From the NCBI GenBank assembly GCA_964016885.1, contig OZ024740.1, positions 110,980,001 through 111,044,000 on the forward strand: a stretch of DNA of 64,000 nucleotides, in the 5' to 3' direction. A program made the position numbers and the translations under genes. Positions 30,001 to 43,543 of the stretch are shown piece by piece. The stretch's first letter is position 1. Each line of letters starts with the position of its first letter. The notes under the pieces were generated by a model. The model was not told the origin of the DNA. It saw only the letters and a list, made by a program, of their open reading frames with translations, and did not search any database. The stretch is from Eledone cirrhosa. Its lineage: Eukaryota.

Positions 30001-33000
30001 TAATATGTGTGTTGGTATGTGTTACTGTGTATGTCTGTGTGTTAATGTGTGTGTTGGTATGTGTTACTGTGTATGTCTGTGTGTTAATAGTGTGTTGGTA
30101 TGTGTTACTGTGTATGTCTGTGTGTTAATATGTGTGTTGGTATGTGTTACTGTGTATGTCTGTGTGTTAATATGTGTGTTGGTATGTGTTACTGTGTATG
30201 TCTGTGTGTTAATTGTGTGTTGGTATGTGTTACTGTGTATGTCTGTGTGTTAATATGTATGTTGGTATGTGTTACTGTGTATGTCTGTGTGTTAATGAGT
30301 GTGTTGGTATGTGTTACTGTGTATGTCTGTGTGTTAATATGTGTGTTGGTATGTGTTACTGTGTATGTCTGTGTGTTAATGTGTGTTGGTATGTGTTACT
30401 GTGTATGTATGTGTGTTAATATGTATGTTGGTATGTGTTACTGTGTATGTCTGTGTGTTAATGTGTGTTGGTATGTGTTACTGTGTATGTCTGTGTGTTA
30501 ATGTGTGTTGGCATGTGTTACTGTGTATGTCTGTGTGTTAATATGTATGTTGGTATGTGTTACTGTGTATGTCTGTGTGTTAATGTGTGTTGGTATGTGT
30601 TACTGTGTATGTCTGTGTGTTAATGTGTGTTGGTATGTGTTACTGTGTATGTCTTTGTTTTAATATATGTTGGTATGTGTTACTGTGTATGTCTGTGTAT
30701 TAATGTGTGTTGGTATGTGTTACTGTGTATGTCTGTGTGTTAATATGTATGTTGGTATGTGTTACTGTGTATGTTTGTGTGTTAATGTGTGTTGGTATGT
30801 GTTACTGTGTATGTCTGTGTGTTAATATATGTGTTGGTATGTGTTACTGTGTATGTCTGTGTGTTAATATGTGTGTTGGTATGTGTTACTGTGTATGTCT
30901 GTGTGTTAATATGTGTGTTGGTATGTGTTACTGTGTATGTCTGTGTGTTAATATGTGTGTTGGTATGTGTTACTGTGTATGTCTGTGTGTTAATATGTGT
31001 GTTGGTATGTGTTACTGTGTATGTCTGTGTGTTAATATATGTGTTGGTATGTGTTACTCTGTATGTCTGTGTGTTAATGTGTGTTGGTATATGTTACTGT
31101 GTATGTCTGTGTGTTAATATGTGTGTTGGTATGTGTTACTGTGTATGTCTGTGTGTTAATATGTGTGTTGGTATGTGTTACTGTGTATGTATGTGTGTTA
31201 ATATGTGTGTTGGTATGTGTTACTGTGTATGTCTGTGTGTTAATATGTGTGTTGGTATGTGTTACTGTGTATGTCTGTGTGTTAATATGTGTGTTGGTAT
31301 GTGTTACTGTTTATGTCTGTGTGTTAATATATGTGTTGGTATGTGTTACTGTGTATGTCTGTGTGTTAATATGTGTGTTGGTATGTGTTACTGTGTATGT
31401 CTGTGCGTTAATATGTATTTTGGTATGTGTTACTGTGTATGTCTGTGTGTTAATATGTGTGTTGGTATGTGTTATTGTGTATGTATGTCTGTTAATATGT
31501 GTTGGTATGTGTTACTGTGTATGTCTGTGTGTTAATATGTGTGTTGGTATGTGTTACTGTGTATGTCTGTGTGTTATATGTGTGTTGGTATGTGTTACTG
31601 TGTATGTCTGTGTGTTAATATGTGTGTTGGTATGTGTTACTGTGTATGTATGTGCGTTAATATGTATGTTGGTATGTGTTACTGTGTATGTCTGTGTGTT
31701 AATGTGTGTTGGTATGTGTTACTGTGTATGTCTGTGTGTTTATGTGTGTTGGTATGTGTTACTGTGTATGTCTGTGTGTTAATGTGTGTTGGTATGTGTT
31801 ACTGTGTATGTCTGTGTGTTAATATGTATGTTGGCATGTGTTACAGTGTATGTCTGTGTGTTAATATGTGTTGGTATGTGTTACTATGTATGTCTGTGTG
31901 TTAATATGTATGTTGGTATGTGTTACTCTGTATGTCTGTGTGTTAATGTGTGTTGGTATATGTTACTGTGTATGTCTGTGTGTTAATGTGTGTTGGTATG
32001 TGTTACTGTGTATGTCTGTGTGTTAATATGTGTTGGTATGTGTTACTGTGTATGTCTGTGTGTTAATGTGTGTTGGTATGTGTTACTGTGTATGTCTGTG
32101 TGTTAATATGTATGTTGGTATGTGTTACTGTGTGTGTCTGTGTGTTAATGTGTGTTGGTATGTGTTACTGTGTATGTCTGTGTGTTAATATATGTGTTGG
32201 TATGTGTTACTGTGTATGTCTGTGTGTTAATATGTGTGTTGGTATGTGTTACTGTGTATGTCTGTGTGTTGGTATGTGTTACTGTGTATGTCTGTGTGTT
32301 AATGTGTGTTGGTATGTGTTACTGTGTATGTCTGTGTGTTAATATATGTTGGTATGTGTTACTGTGTATGTCTGTGTGTTAATATGTATGTTGGTATGTG
32401 TTACTGTGTATGTCTGTGTGTTAATGTGTGTTGGTATGTGTTACTGTGTATGTCTGTGTGTTAATGTGTGTTGGTATGTGTTACTGTGTATGTCTGTGTG
32501 TTAATGTGTATGTTGGTATGTGTTACTGTGTATGTCTGTGTGTTAATCTGTGTTGGTATGTGTTACTGTGTATGTCTGTGTGTTAATGTGTGTTGGTATG
32601 TGTTACTGTGTATGTCTGTGTGTTAATATGTATGTTGGTATGTGTTACTGTGTATGTCTGTGTGTTAATATGTGTTGGTATGTGTTACTGTGTATGTCTG
32701 TGTGTTAATATGTGTGTTGGTATGTGTTACTGTGTATGTCTGTGTGTTAATGTGTGTTGGTATGTGTTACTGTGTATGTATGTGTGTTAATATGTATGTT
32801 GGTATGTGTTACTGTGTATGTCTGTGTGTTAATGTGTGTTGGTATGTGTTACTGTGTATGTCTGTGTGTTAATGTGTGTTGGCATGTGTTACTGTGTATG
32901 TCTGTGTGTTAATATGTATGTTGGTATGTGTTACTGTGTATGTCTGTGTGTTAATGTGTGTTGGTATGTGTTACTGTGTATGTCTGTGTGTTAATGTGTG

Positions 33001-36000
33001 TTGGTATGTGTTACTGTGTATGTCTGTGTGTTAATATATGTTGGTATGTGTTACTGTGTATGTCTGTGTATTAATGTGTGTTGGTATGTGTTACTGTGTA
33101 TGTCTGTGTGTTAATATGTATGTTGGTATGTGTTACTGTGTATGTTTGTGTGCTAATGTGTGTTGGTATGTGTTACTGTGTATGTCTGTGTGTTAATATA
33201 TGTGTTGGTATGTGTTACTGTGTATGTCTGTGTGTTAATATGTGTGTTGGTATGTGTTACTGTGTATGTCTGTGTGTTAATATGTGTGTTGGTATGTGTT
33301 ACTGTGTATGTCTGTGTGTTAATATGTGTGTTGGTATGTGTTACTGTGTATGTCTGTGTGTTAATATGTGTGTTGGTATGTGTTACTGTGTATGTCTGTG
33401 TGTTAATATATGTGTTGGTATGTGTTACTGTGTATATCTGTGTGTTAATGTGTGTTGGTATGTGTTACTGTGTATGTCTGTGTGTTAATATGTGTGTTGG
33501 TATGTGTTACTGTGTATGTCTGTGTGTTAATATGTGTGTTGGTATGTGTTACTGTGTATGTATGTGTGTTAATATGTGTGTTGGTATGTGTTACTGTGTA
33601 TGTCTGTGTGTTAATATGTGTGTTGGTATGTGTTACTGTGTATGTCTGTGTGTTAATATGTGTGTTGGTATGTGTTACTGTTTATGTCTGTGTGTTAATA
33701 TATGTGTTGGTATGTGTTACTGTGTATGTCTGTGTGTTAATATGTGTGTTGGTATGTGTTACTGTGTATGTCTGTGCGTTAATATGTATTTTGGTATGTG
33801 TTACTGTGTATGTCTGTGTGTTAATATGTGTGTTGGTATGTGTTATTGTGTATGTATGTCTGTTAATATGTGTTGGTATGTGTTACTGTGTATGTCTGTG
33901 TGTTAATATGTGTGTTGGTATGTGTTACTGTGTATGTCTGTGTGTTAATATGTGTGTTGGTATGTGTTACTGTGTATGTCTGTATGTTAATATGTGTGTT
34001 GGTATGTGTTACTGTGTATGTATGTGCGTTAATATGTATGTTGGTATGTGTTACTGTGTATGTCTGTGTGTTAATGTGTGTTGGTATGTGTTACTGTGTA
34101 TGTCTGTGTGTTTATGTGTGTTGGTATGTGTTACTGTCTATGTCTGTGTGTTAATATGTATGTTGGTATGTGTTACAGTGTATGTCTGTGTGTTAATATG
34201 TGTTGGTATGTGTTACTATGTATGTCTGTGTGTTAATATGTATGTTGGTATGTGTTACTCTGTATGTCTGTGTGTTAATGTGTGTTGGTATATGTTACTG
34301 TGTATGTCTGTGTGTTAATGTGTGTTGGTATGTGTTACTGTGTATGTCTGTGTGTTAATATGTGTTGGTATGTGTTACTGTGTATGTCTGTGTGTTAATG
34401 TGTGTTGGTATGTGTTACTGTGTATGTCTGTGTGTTAATATGTATGTTGGTATGTGTTACTGTGTGTGTCTGTGTGTTAATGTGTGTTGGTATGTGTTAC
34501 TGTGTATGTCTGTGTGTTAATATATGTGTTGGTATGTGTTACTGTGTATGTCTGTGTGTTAATATGTGTGTTGGTATGTATTACTGTGTATGTCTGTGTG
34601 TTAATATGTGTGATGGTATGTGTTACTGTGTATGTCTGTGTGTTAATATGTGTGTTGGTATGTGTTACTGTGTATGTCTGTGTGTTAATATATGTTTTGG
34701 TATGTATTACTGTGTATGTCTGTGTGTTAATATGTGTGTTGGTATGTGTTACTGTGTATGTCTGTGTGTTAATATGTGTGTTGGTATGTGTTACTGTGTA
34801 TGTCTGTGTGTTAATATGTGTGTTGGTATGTGTTACTGTGTATGTCTGTGTGTTAATATGTGTGTTGGTATGTGTTACTGTGTATGTCTGTGTGTTAATA
34901 TATGTGTTGGTATGTGTTACTGTGTATGTCTGTGTGTTAATATGTGTGTTGGTATGTGTTACTGTGTATGTCTGTGTGTTAATATGTGTGTTGGTATGTG
35001 TTACTGTGTATGTCTGTGTGTTAATATGTGTTTTGGTATGTGTTACTGTGTATGTCTGTATGTTAATATGTGTGTTGGTATGTGTTACTGTGTATGTCTG
35101 TGTGTTAATATGTGTTTTGGTATGTGCGTTAATATGTGTGTTGGTATGTGTTACTGTGTATGTCTGTGTGTTAATATATGTGTTGGTATGTGTTACTGTG
35201 TATGTCAGTGTGTTAATGTGTGTGTTGGTATGTGTTACTGTGTATGTCTGTGTGTTAATGTGTGTGTTGGTATGTGTTACTGTGTATGTCTGTGTGTTAA
35301 TTTGTGTGTTGGTATGTGTTACTGTGTATGTCTGTGTGTTAATGTGTGTTGGTATGTGTTACTGTGTATGTCTGTGTGTTAATATATGTTGGTATGTGTT
35401 ACTGTGTATGTCTGTGTGTTAATATGTGTGTTGGTATGTGTTACTGTGTATGTCTGTGTGTTAATATGTGTGTTGGTATGTGTTACTGTGTATGTCTGTG
35501 TGTTAATGTGTGTGTTGGTATGTGTTACTGTGTATGTCTGTGTGTTAATATGTGTGTTGGTATGTGTTACTGTGTATGTCTGTGTGTTAATGTGTGTTGG
35601 TATGTGTTACTGTGTATGTATGTGTGTTAATATGTGTGTTGGTATGTGTTACTGTGTCTGTCTGTGTGTTAATATGTGTGTTGGTATGTGTTACTGTGTA
35701 TGTCTGTGTGTTAATATGTGTGTTGGTATGTGTTACTGTGTATGTCTGTGTGTTAATATGTGTTTTGGTATGTGTTACTGTGTATGTCTGTGTGTTAATA
35801 TGTGTGTTGGTATGTGTTACTGTTTATGTCTGTGTGTTAATATATGTGTTGGTATGTGTTACTGTGTATGTCTGTGTGTTAATATGTGTGTTGGTATGTG
35901 TTACTGTGTATGTCTGTGCGTTAATATGTGTGTTGGTATGTGTTACTGTGTATGTCTGTGTGTTAATATATGTGTTGGTATGTGTTACTGTGTATGTCAG

Positions 36001-39000
36001 TGTGTTAATGTGTGTGTTGGTATGTGTTACTGTGTATGTCTGTGTGTTAATGTGTGTGTTGGTATGTGTTACTGTGTATGTCTGTGTGTTAATGTGTGTG
36101 TTGGTATGTGTTACTGTGTATGTCTGTGTGTTAATATGTGTGTTGGTATGTGTTACTGTGTATGTCTGTGTGTTAATATATGTGTTGGTATGTGTTACTG
36201 TGTATGTCTGTGTGTTAATATGTGTGTTGGTATGTATTACTGTGTATGTCTGTGTGTTAATATGTGTGATGGTATGTGTTACTGTGTATGTCTGTGTGTT
36301 AATATGTGTGTTGGTATGTGTTACTGTGTATGTCTGTGTGTTAATATATGTTTTGGTATGTATTACTGTGTATGTATATGTGTTAATATGTGTGTTGGTA
36401 TGTGTTACTGTGTATGTCTGTGTGTTAATATGTGTGTTGGTATGTGTTACTGTGTATGTCTGTGTGTTAATGTGTGTGTTGGTATGTGTTACTGTGTATG
36501 TCTGTGCGTTAATATGTATTTTGGTATGTGTTACTGTGTATGTCTGTGTGTTAATATGTGTGTTGGTATGTGTTATTGTGTATGTATGTCTGTTAATATG
36601 TGTTGGTATGTGTTACTGTGTATGTCTGTGTGTTAATATGTGTGTTGGTATGTGTTACTGTGTATGTCTGTGTGTTAATATGTGTGTTGGTATGTGTTAC
36701 TGTGTGTGTCTGTGTGTTAATATGTGTGTTGGTATGTGTTACTGTGTATGTATGTGCGTTAATATGTATGTTGGTATGTGTTACTGTGTATGTCTGTGTG
36801 TTAATGTGTGTTGGTATGTGTTACTGTGTATGTCTGTGTGTTTATGTGTGTTGGTATGTGTTACTGTGTATGTCTGTGTGTTAATGTGTGTTGGTATGTG
36901 TTACTGTGTATGTCTGTGTGTTAATATGTATGTTGGTATGTGTTACAGTGTATGTCTGTGTGTTAATATGTGTTGGTATGTGTTACTATGTATGTCTGTG
37001 TGTTAATATGTATGTTGGTATGTGTTACTCTGTATGTCTGTGTATTAATGTGTGTTGGTATATGTTACTGTGTATGTCTGTGTGTTAATGTGTGTTGGTA
37101 TGTGTTACTGTGTATGTCTGTGTGTTAATATGTGTTGGTATGTGTTACTGTGTATGTCTGTGTGTTAATGTGTGTTGGTATGTGTTACTGTGTATGTCTG
37201 TGTGTTAATATGTATGTTGGTATGTGTTACTGTGTATGTCTGTGTGTTAATATATGTGTTGGTATGTGTTACTGTGTATGTCTGTGTGTTAATATGTGTG
37301 TTGGTATGTATTACTGTGTATGTCTGTGTGTTAATATGTGTGATGGTATGTGTTACTGTGTATGTCTGTGTGTTAATATGTGTGTTGGTATGTGTTACTG
37401 TGTATGTCTGTGTGTTAATATATGTTTTGGTATGTATTACTGTGTATGTCTGTGTGTTAATATGTGTGTTGGTATGTGTTACTGTGTATGTCTGTGTGTT
37501 AATATGTGTGTTGGTATGTGTTACTGTGTATGTCTGTGTGTTAATATGTGTGTTGGTATGTGTTACTGTGTATGTCTGTGTGTTAATATGTGTGTTGGTA
37601 TGTGTTACTGTGTATGTATGTGTGTTAATATGTGTGTTGGTATGTGTTACTGTGTATGTCTGTGTGTTAATATGTGTGTTGGTATGTGTTACTGTGCATG
37701 TCTGTGTGTTAATATATGTGTTGGTATGTGTTACTGTGTATGTCTGTGTGTTAATATGTGTGTTGGTATGTGTTACTGTGTATGTCTGTGTGTTAATATG
37801 TGTGTTGGTATGTGTTACTGTGTATGTCTGTGTGTTAATATATGTGTTGGTATGTGTTACTGTGTATGTCTGTGTGTTAATATGTGTGTTGGTATGTGTT
37901 ACTGTGTATGTCTGTGTGTTAATATGTGTGTTGGTATGTGTTACTGTGTATGTCTGTGTGTTAATATGTGTTTTGGTATGTGTTACTGTGTATGTCTGTG
38001 TGTTAATATGTGTGTTGGTATGTGTTACTGTTTATGTCTGTGTGTTAATATATGTGTTGGTATGTGTTACTGTGTATGTCTGTGTGTTAATATGTGTGTT
38101 GGTATGTGCGTTAATATGTGTGTTGGTATGTGTTACTGTGTATGTCTGTGTGTTAATATATGTGTTGGTATGTGTTACTGTGTATGTCAGTGTGTTAATG
38201 TGTGTGTTGGTATGTGTTACTGTGTATGTCTGTGTGTTAATGTGTGTGTTGGTATGTGTTACTGTGTATGTCTGTGTGTTAATATGTGTGTTGGTATGTG
38301 TTACTGTGTATGTCTGTGTGTTAATGTGTGTTGGTATGTGTTACTGTGTATGTCTGTGTGTTAATATATGTTGGTATGTGTTACTGTGTATGTCTGTGTG
38401 TTAATATGTGTGTTGGTATGTGTTACTGTGTATGTCTGTGTGTTAATATGTGTGTTGGTATGTGTTACTGTGTATGTCTGTGTGTTAATGTGTGTGTTGG
38501 TATGTGTTACTGTGTAGGTCTGTGTGTTAATATGTGTGTTGGTATGTGTTACTGTGTATGTCTGTGTGTTAATGTGTGTTGGTATGTGTTACTGTGTATG
38601 TATGTGTGTTAATATGTGTGTTGGTATGTGTTACTGTGTCTGTCTGTGTGTTAATATGTGTGTTGGTATGTGTTACTGTGTATGTCTGTGTGTTAATATG
38701 TGTGTTGGTATGTGTTACTGTGTATGTCTGTGTGTTAATATGTGTTTTGGTATGTGTTACTGTGTATGTCTGTGTGTTAATATGTGTGTTGGTATGTGTT
38801 ACTGTTTATGTCTGTGTGTTAATATATGTGTTGGTATGTGTTACTGTGTATGTCTGTGTGTTAATATGTGTGTTGGTATGTGTTACTGTGTATGTCTGTG
38901 CGTTAATATGTGTGTTGGTATGTGTTACTGTGTATGTCTGTGTGTTAATATATGTGTTGGTATGTGTTACTGTGTATGTCAGTGTGTTAATGTGTGTGTT

Positions 39001-41330
39001 GGTATGTGTTACTGTGTATGTCTGTGTGTTAATGTGTGTGTTGGTATGTGTTACTGTGTATGTCTGTGTGTTAATATGTGTGTTGGTATGTGTTACTGTG
39101 TATGTCTGTGTGTTAATATGTGTGTTGGTATGTGTTACTGTGTATGTCTGTCTGTTAATATGTGTGTTGGTATGTGTTACTGTGTATGTCTGTGTGTTAA
39201 TATGTGTGTTGGTATGTGTTACTGTGTATGTCTGTGTGTTAATATATGTGTTGGTATGTGTTACTGTGTATGTCTGTGTGTTAATATGTGTGTTGGTATG
39301 TGTTACTGTGTATGTCTGTCTGTTAATATGTGTGTTGGTATGTGTTACTGTGTATGTCTGTGTGTTAATGTGTGTTGGTATGTGTTACTGTGTATGTCTG
39401 TGTGTTAATATGTATGTTGGTATGTGTTACTGTGTATGTCTGTGTGTTAATATGTGTTGGTATGTGTTACTGTGTATGTCTGTGTGTTAATATGTGTGTT
39501 GGTATGTGTTACTGTGTATGTCTGTGTGTTAATGTGTGTTGGTATGTGTTACTGTGTATGTATGTGTGTTAATATGTATGTTGGTATGTGTTACTGTGTA
39601 TGTCTGTGTGTTAATGTGTGTTGGTATGTGTTACTGTGTATGTCTGTGTGTTAATGTGTGTTGGTATGTGTTACTGTGTATGTCTGTGTGTTAATATGTA
39701 TGTTGGTATGTGTTACTGTGTATGTCTGTGTGTTAATGTGTGTTGGTATGTGTTACTGTGTATGTCTGTGTGTTAACGTGTGTTGGTATGTGTTACTGTG
39801 TATGTCTGTGTGTTAATATATGTTGGTATGTGTTACTGTGTATGTCTGTGTATTAATGTGTGTTGGTATGTGTTCCTGTGTATGTCTGTGTGTTAATATG
39901 TATGTTGGTATGTGTTACTGTGTATGTTTGTGTGTTAATGTGTGTTGGTATGTGTTACTGTGTATGTCTGTGTGTTAATATATGTGTTGGTATGTGTTAC
40001 TGTGTATGTCTGTGTGATAATATGTGTGTTGGTATGTGTTACTGTGTATGTCTGTGTGTTAATATGTGTGTTGGTATGTGTTACTGTGTATGTCTGTGTG
40101 TTAATATGTGTGTTGGTATGTATTACTGTGTATGTCTGTGTGTTAATATGTGTGATGGTATGTGTTACTGTGTATGTCTGTGTGTTAATATGTGTGTTGG
40201 TATGTGTTACTGTGTATGTCTGTGTGTTAATATATGTTTTGGTATGTATTACTGTGTATGTATATGTGTTAATATGTGTGTTGGTATGTGTTACTGTGTA
40301 TGTCTGTGTGTTAATATGTGTGTTGGTATGTGTTACTGTGTATGTCTGTGTGTTAATGTGTGTGTTGGTATGTGTTACTGTGTATGTCTGTGCGTTAATA
40401 TGTATTTTGGTATGTGTTACTGTGTATGTCTGTGTGTTAATATGTGTGTTGGTATGTGTTATTGTGTATGTATGTCTGTTAATATGTGTTGGTATGTGTT
40501 ACTGTGTATGTCTGTGTGTTAATATGTGTGTTGGTATGTGTTACTGTGTATGTCTGTGTGTTAATATGTGTGTTGGTATGTGTTACTGTGTGTGTCTGTG
40601 TGTTAATATGTGTGTTGGTATGTGTTACTGTGTATGTATGTGCGTTAATATGTATGTTGGTATGTGTTACTGTGTATGTCTGTGTGTTAATGTGTGTTGG
40701 TATGTGTTACTGTGTATGTCTGTGTGTTTATGTGTGTTGGTATGTGTTACTGTGTATGTCTGTGTGTTAATGTGTGTTGGTATGTGTTACTGTGTATGTC
40801 TGTGTGTTAATGTGTGTTGGTATGTGTTACTGTGTATGTCTGTGTGTTAATATGTGTGTTGGTATGTGTTATTGTGTATGTCTGTATGTTAATATGTGTT
40901 GGTATGTGTTACTGTGTATGTCTGTGTGTTAATATGTGTGTTGGTATGTGTTACTGTGTATGTCTGTGTGTTAATATGTGTGTTGGTATGTGTTACTGTG
41001 TATGTCTGTCTGTTAATATATGTGTTGGTATGTGTTACTGTGTATGTCTGTGTGTTAATGTGTGTGTTGGTATGTGTTTCTGTGTATGTCTGTGTGTTAA
41101 TATGTGTGTTGGTATGTGTTACTGTGTATGTCTGTGTGTTAATATGTGTGTTGGTATGTGTTACTGTGTATGTTTGTGTGTTAATATGTGTGTTGGTATG
41201 TGTTACTGTGTATGTCTGTGTGTTAATATGTGTGTTGGTATGTGTTACTGTGTATGTCTGTGTGTTAATGTGTGTTGGTATGTGTTACTGTGTATGTCTG
41301 TGTGTTAATATGTGTGTTGGTATGTGTGAT
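1..41330. repeat. Large TG-rich tandem satellite, 42-bp unit with frequent 40-bp variants, roughly 1000 copies; extends beyond the left window edge
   Basis: Consensus TTAATATGTGTGTTGGTATGTGTTACTGTGTATGTCTGTGTG repeats head-to-tail without interruption. The 40-bp variants lack one TG/TA dinucleotide. The copy number is simply length divided by unit size. Confidence 0.98.
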
Positions 41331-41440
41331 GGTATTTGTTACTGTGTGTGTATGACTGTGTGTGTATGACTGTATATGTATGACTGTGTATGTATGACTG
41401 TATATGTATGACTGTATGTATGACTGTGTGTATGACTCTG
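41331..41440. repeat. Degenerate satellite edge with 12-14-bp TATGACTGT(G/A)... repeats
   Basis: About 7 copies of TATGACTGT(G/A)T(G/A)(TG) directly after the last 42-mer. Confidence 0.8.
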
Positions 41441-41639
41441 TTTGTCTATTTATGTGTTCGTCTGAATGCATGTTAGTTCGTTGTATTGGAATAAAGAAGT
41501 AAAGTTTATGAATAAACCATAATGTAAAGGTCCAAATGAAACGTGGAGAAGTCAACATGTGGATTTGGCTGGAAAATCTATGTAAATTGAACAATATAGA
41601 CATGACTGCCAACACTGTAGTATTGATGATAGATGGACT

Positions 41640-42235
41640 GGTAGTTAAGGTTGTAGTGGTAATGGTTGTGGTGGTGGTGGTGGTGGTGTGGTGGTAGTTC
41701 CGACTTTAGTGGCTTGTGTCAGAGATGACTAGATGTTGGTTGTGTGGTGGTAGTTGTGACTTTAGTGGCTTGCATTAGTGATGACTGGATGGGGGTAGTG
41801 GTTGAGGTTTGTAGTGGTAATGGTTGTTGTTGTGGTGGTTGTGTGGTGGTGGTGGTAGTTGCGGTGGTGGTGGTGGTAGTTGTGGTGGTGGTGGTGGTAG
41901 TGTGGTGGTGGTAGTGGTAGTGTAGTGCTGGTGGTAGTGTGGTGGTAATGGTGGTAGTGTGGTGGTGGTGGCAGTTGCGGTGGTGGTGGTAGTTGTGGTA
42001 GTGTGGTGGTAATGGTAGTGTGTGGTGGTAGTTGCGGTGGTGGTGGTAGTGTGGTGGTGGTAGTGTGGTGGTGGTGGTGGTGGTGGTGGTAGTGTGGTGG
42101 TAGTGGTATTGTTGTTAGTACTAATGGTTGTTTTTAGTGTGTGGCTGGGGTTGTAGTGGTTTGTGTTAGTGATCACTGGCGATGGTTATGATGATTGTGA
42201 TTGTTGTGATTGGTGGTGGCTGTTTTGGTTGTGGT
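41640..42235. repeat. (GGT)n/(GTA)n low-complexity tract
   Basis: Runs of GGTGGT interspersed with GTAGT; translates as poly-T/P/H on the minus strand. Confidence 0.9.
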
Positions 42236-42549
42236 TTACTGAGCCTCACATATATATTCTGTTAGGTAGTATGGTGTTGAGTCCAATGAACTGAATCTAT
42301 GTTGCTTTTGCTGATGGTATGGTGTTGCGGTGTTATTGGGAGATGGGTCGTGTTTTGACCCAGGTGAGCTCTGATTCGACATTCCATTGACGTGAGGGCT
42401 CTTATCTTTCGAACAACGTGAGGCCACACGCGGATCCATCCACCCAGTTTTACCGTGTCTACATATAGCTATGGACCATACTGTGTACATTGATATGTAG
42501 CAATGCTGAATAGTATGGAATACAGTGTGATAGTCTGGACACACTGTAC

Positions 42550-43402
42550 TACGAAGTGTGTCAGAAATGTTAGAGATCTTAGTGAGGTGTGTGAGCTATG
42601 AGTGGGGTAGGAACTAACGAGTTGCGGAATATCTGAGGAATACGCAACTGCGATCTCAGCGCTCTGAAATCTTTTTACGTGCTTTTTTAAACAGCTCCTC
42701 AATTTTAAGCATTCGAGCGATGGGCACAGAGCAAAGAAACAAGCTAAAGTTTCTGGTCCGGCTGAGAAAAACTCCGCCAGAAGCACTCGAAATACTGCAG
42801 CGAGTGTACCGAGATGAGCTGATGTCACGCTCAAAGGATTTCGAGTTACACAAAAGGTTCAAAGGACGTGGAAGACGACCCCATGGCGGAAGGCCTTCAA
42901 AGAGCTTGACTCAGGCCAACATTGAGTGCGTAAAAGATGTGACGATCGTCAGCTGATAGTTCAACTAATTACAAGAGAGCTGGGCATGAACTGCGACAGT
43001 GTTTGTAAGTATATCACCTAAGATTTTGTCATGCGGAAGTTTTGCACAGAGATGGTGCCGAAGTTGAGGCGATGACCAGAAGGAGCGGTGCATGCAGGTG
43101 TTTCAGCACATCCTCGAGCGTCTTGAAACCAAACTAGACTTTTTTCCCTTTCCTCAAACTCAAAAGGGTCATCAAAGAGACCCGTTTTCCGGACGTGGAA
43201 GCCATCATGAGGGCCGTGACGAAGGAGCTGCCGAGAATTCCGGGAGAATCCTTTTAGGAGTGTATGGTGGTGTGACGGAGAAAGATGGGAAAATTAGACA
43301 CGTGGGAAATTATTTCGAAGGGGAAAACTTTGGATTTGAAATTTGGATTTGAAATTTATTTTTTACAACCCCAATCTTGTTTAGTTTCTGAGACTTTTCC
43401 TA
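42550..43402 (+). mobile_element. Internally deleted mariner (Tc1/mariner) DNA transposon, about 850 bp
   Basis: Imperfect TIRs with TA ends: left TACGAAGTGTGTCAGAAA (42550) vs reverse complement of right end TAGGAAAAGTCTCAGAAA (43402), 14/18 identical. They enclose transposase remnants. Confidence 0.88.
42720..43330 (+). pseudogene. Mariner transposase pseudogene (N-terminal HTH region and C-terminus; catalytic core missing)
   Basis: EQRNKLKFLVRLRKTPPEALEILQRVYRDELMSRSKDFELHKRFK..GRPS resembles the mariner first HTH. Frameshifted DRQLIVQLITRELGM..MRKFCTEMVPKL contains a WVPxxL-like motif. It is followed by DFF..KLKRVIKETRFPDVEAIMRAVTKEL, like the mariner C-terminus. Stops and frameshifts are present. 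Confidence 0.88.
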
Positions 43403-43543
43403 TTTCTACTGACCAATGTTCGTAGTAGTGTTTCTGGTGTGTGTTAGTGTTTTGTTTTTAATGCTTATTTTCTTTTTGTTAATATAAATGTGGAACGGGA
43501 ATAGTAAGGTTGCGCTTTTAGCAGTGCGGATAGTTACTATAGT

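Noticed and set aside
1-41330. CRISPR-like or telomeric array
   Set aside because: There are no unique spacers and no TTAGGG-type unit; it is a plain tandem satellite.
204-41369. Many Cys/Val-rich ORFs of up to 470 aa
   Set aside because: They are translations of the 42-bp satellite, whose length is a multiple of 3 with two stop-free frames. Frames switch at every 40-bp variant and there is no unique coding sequence.
41775-42176. Pro/Thr/His-rich extensin-like ORF
   Set aside because: It is the reverse complement of the (GGT)n low-complexity tract.
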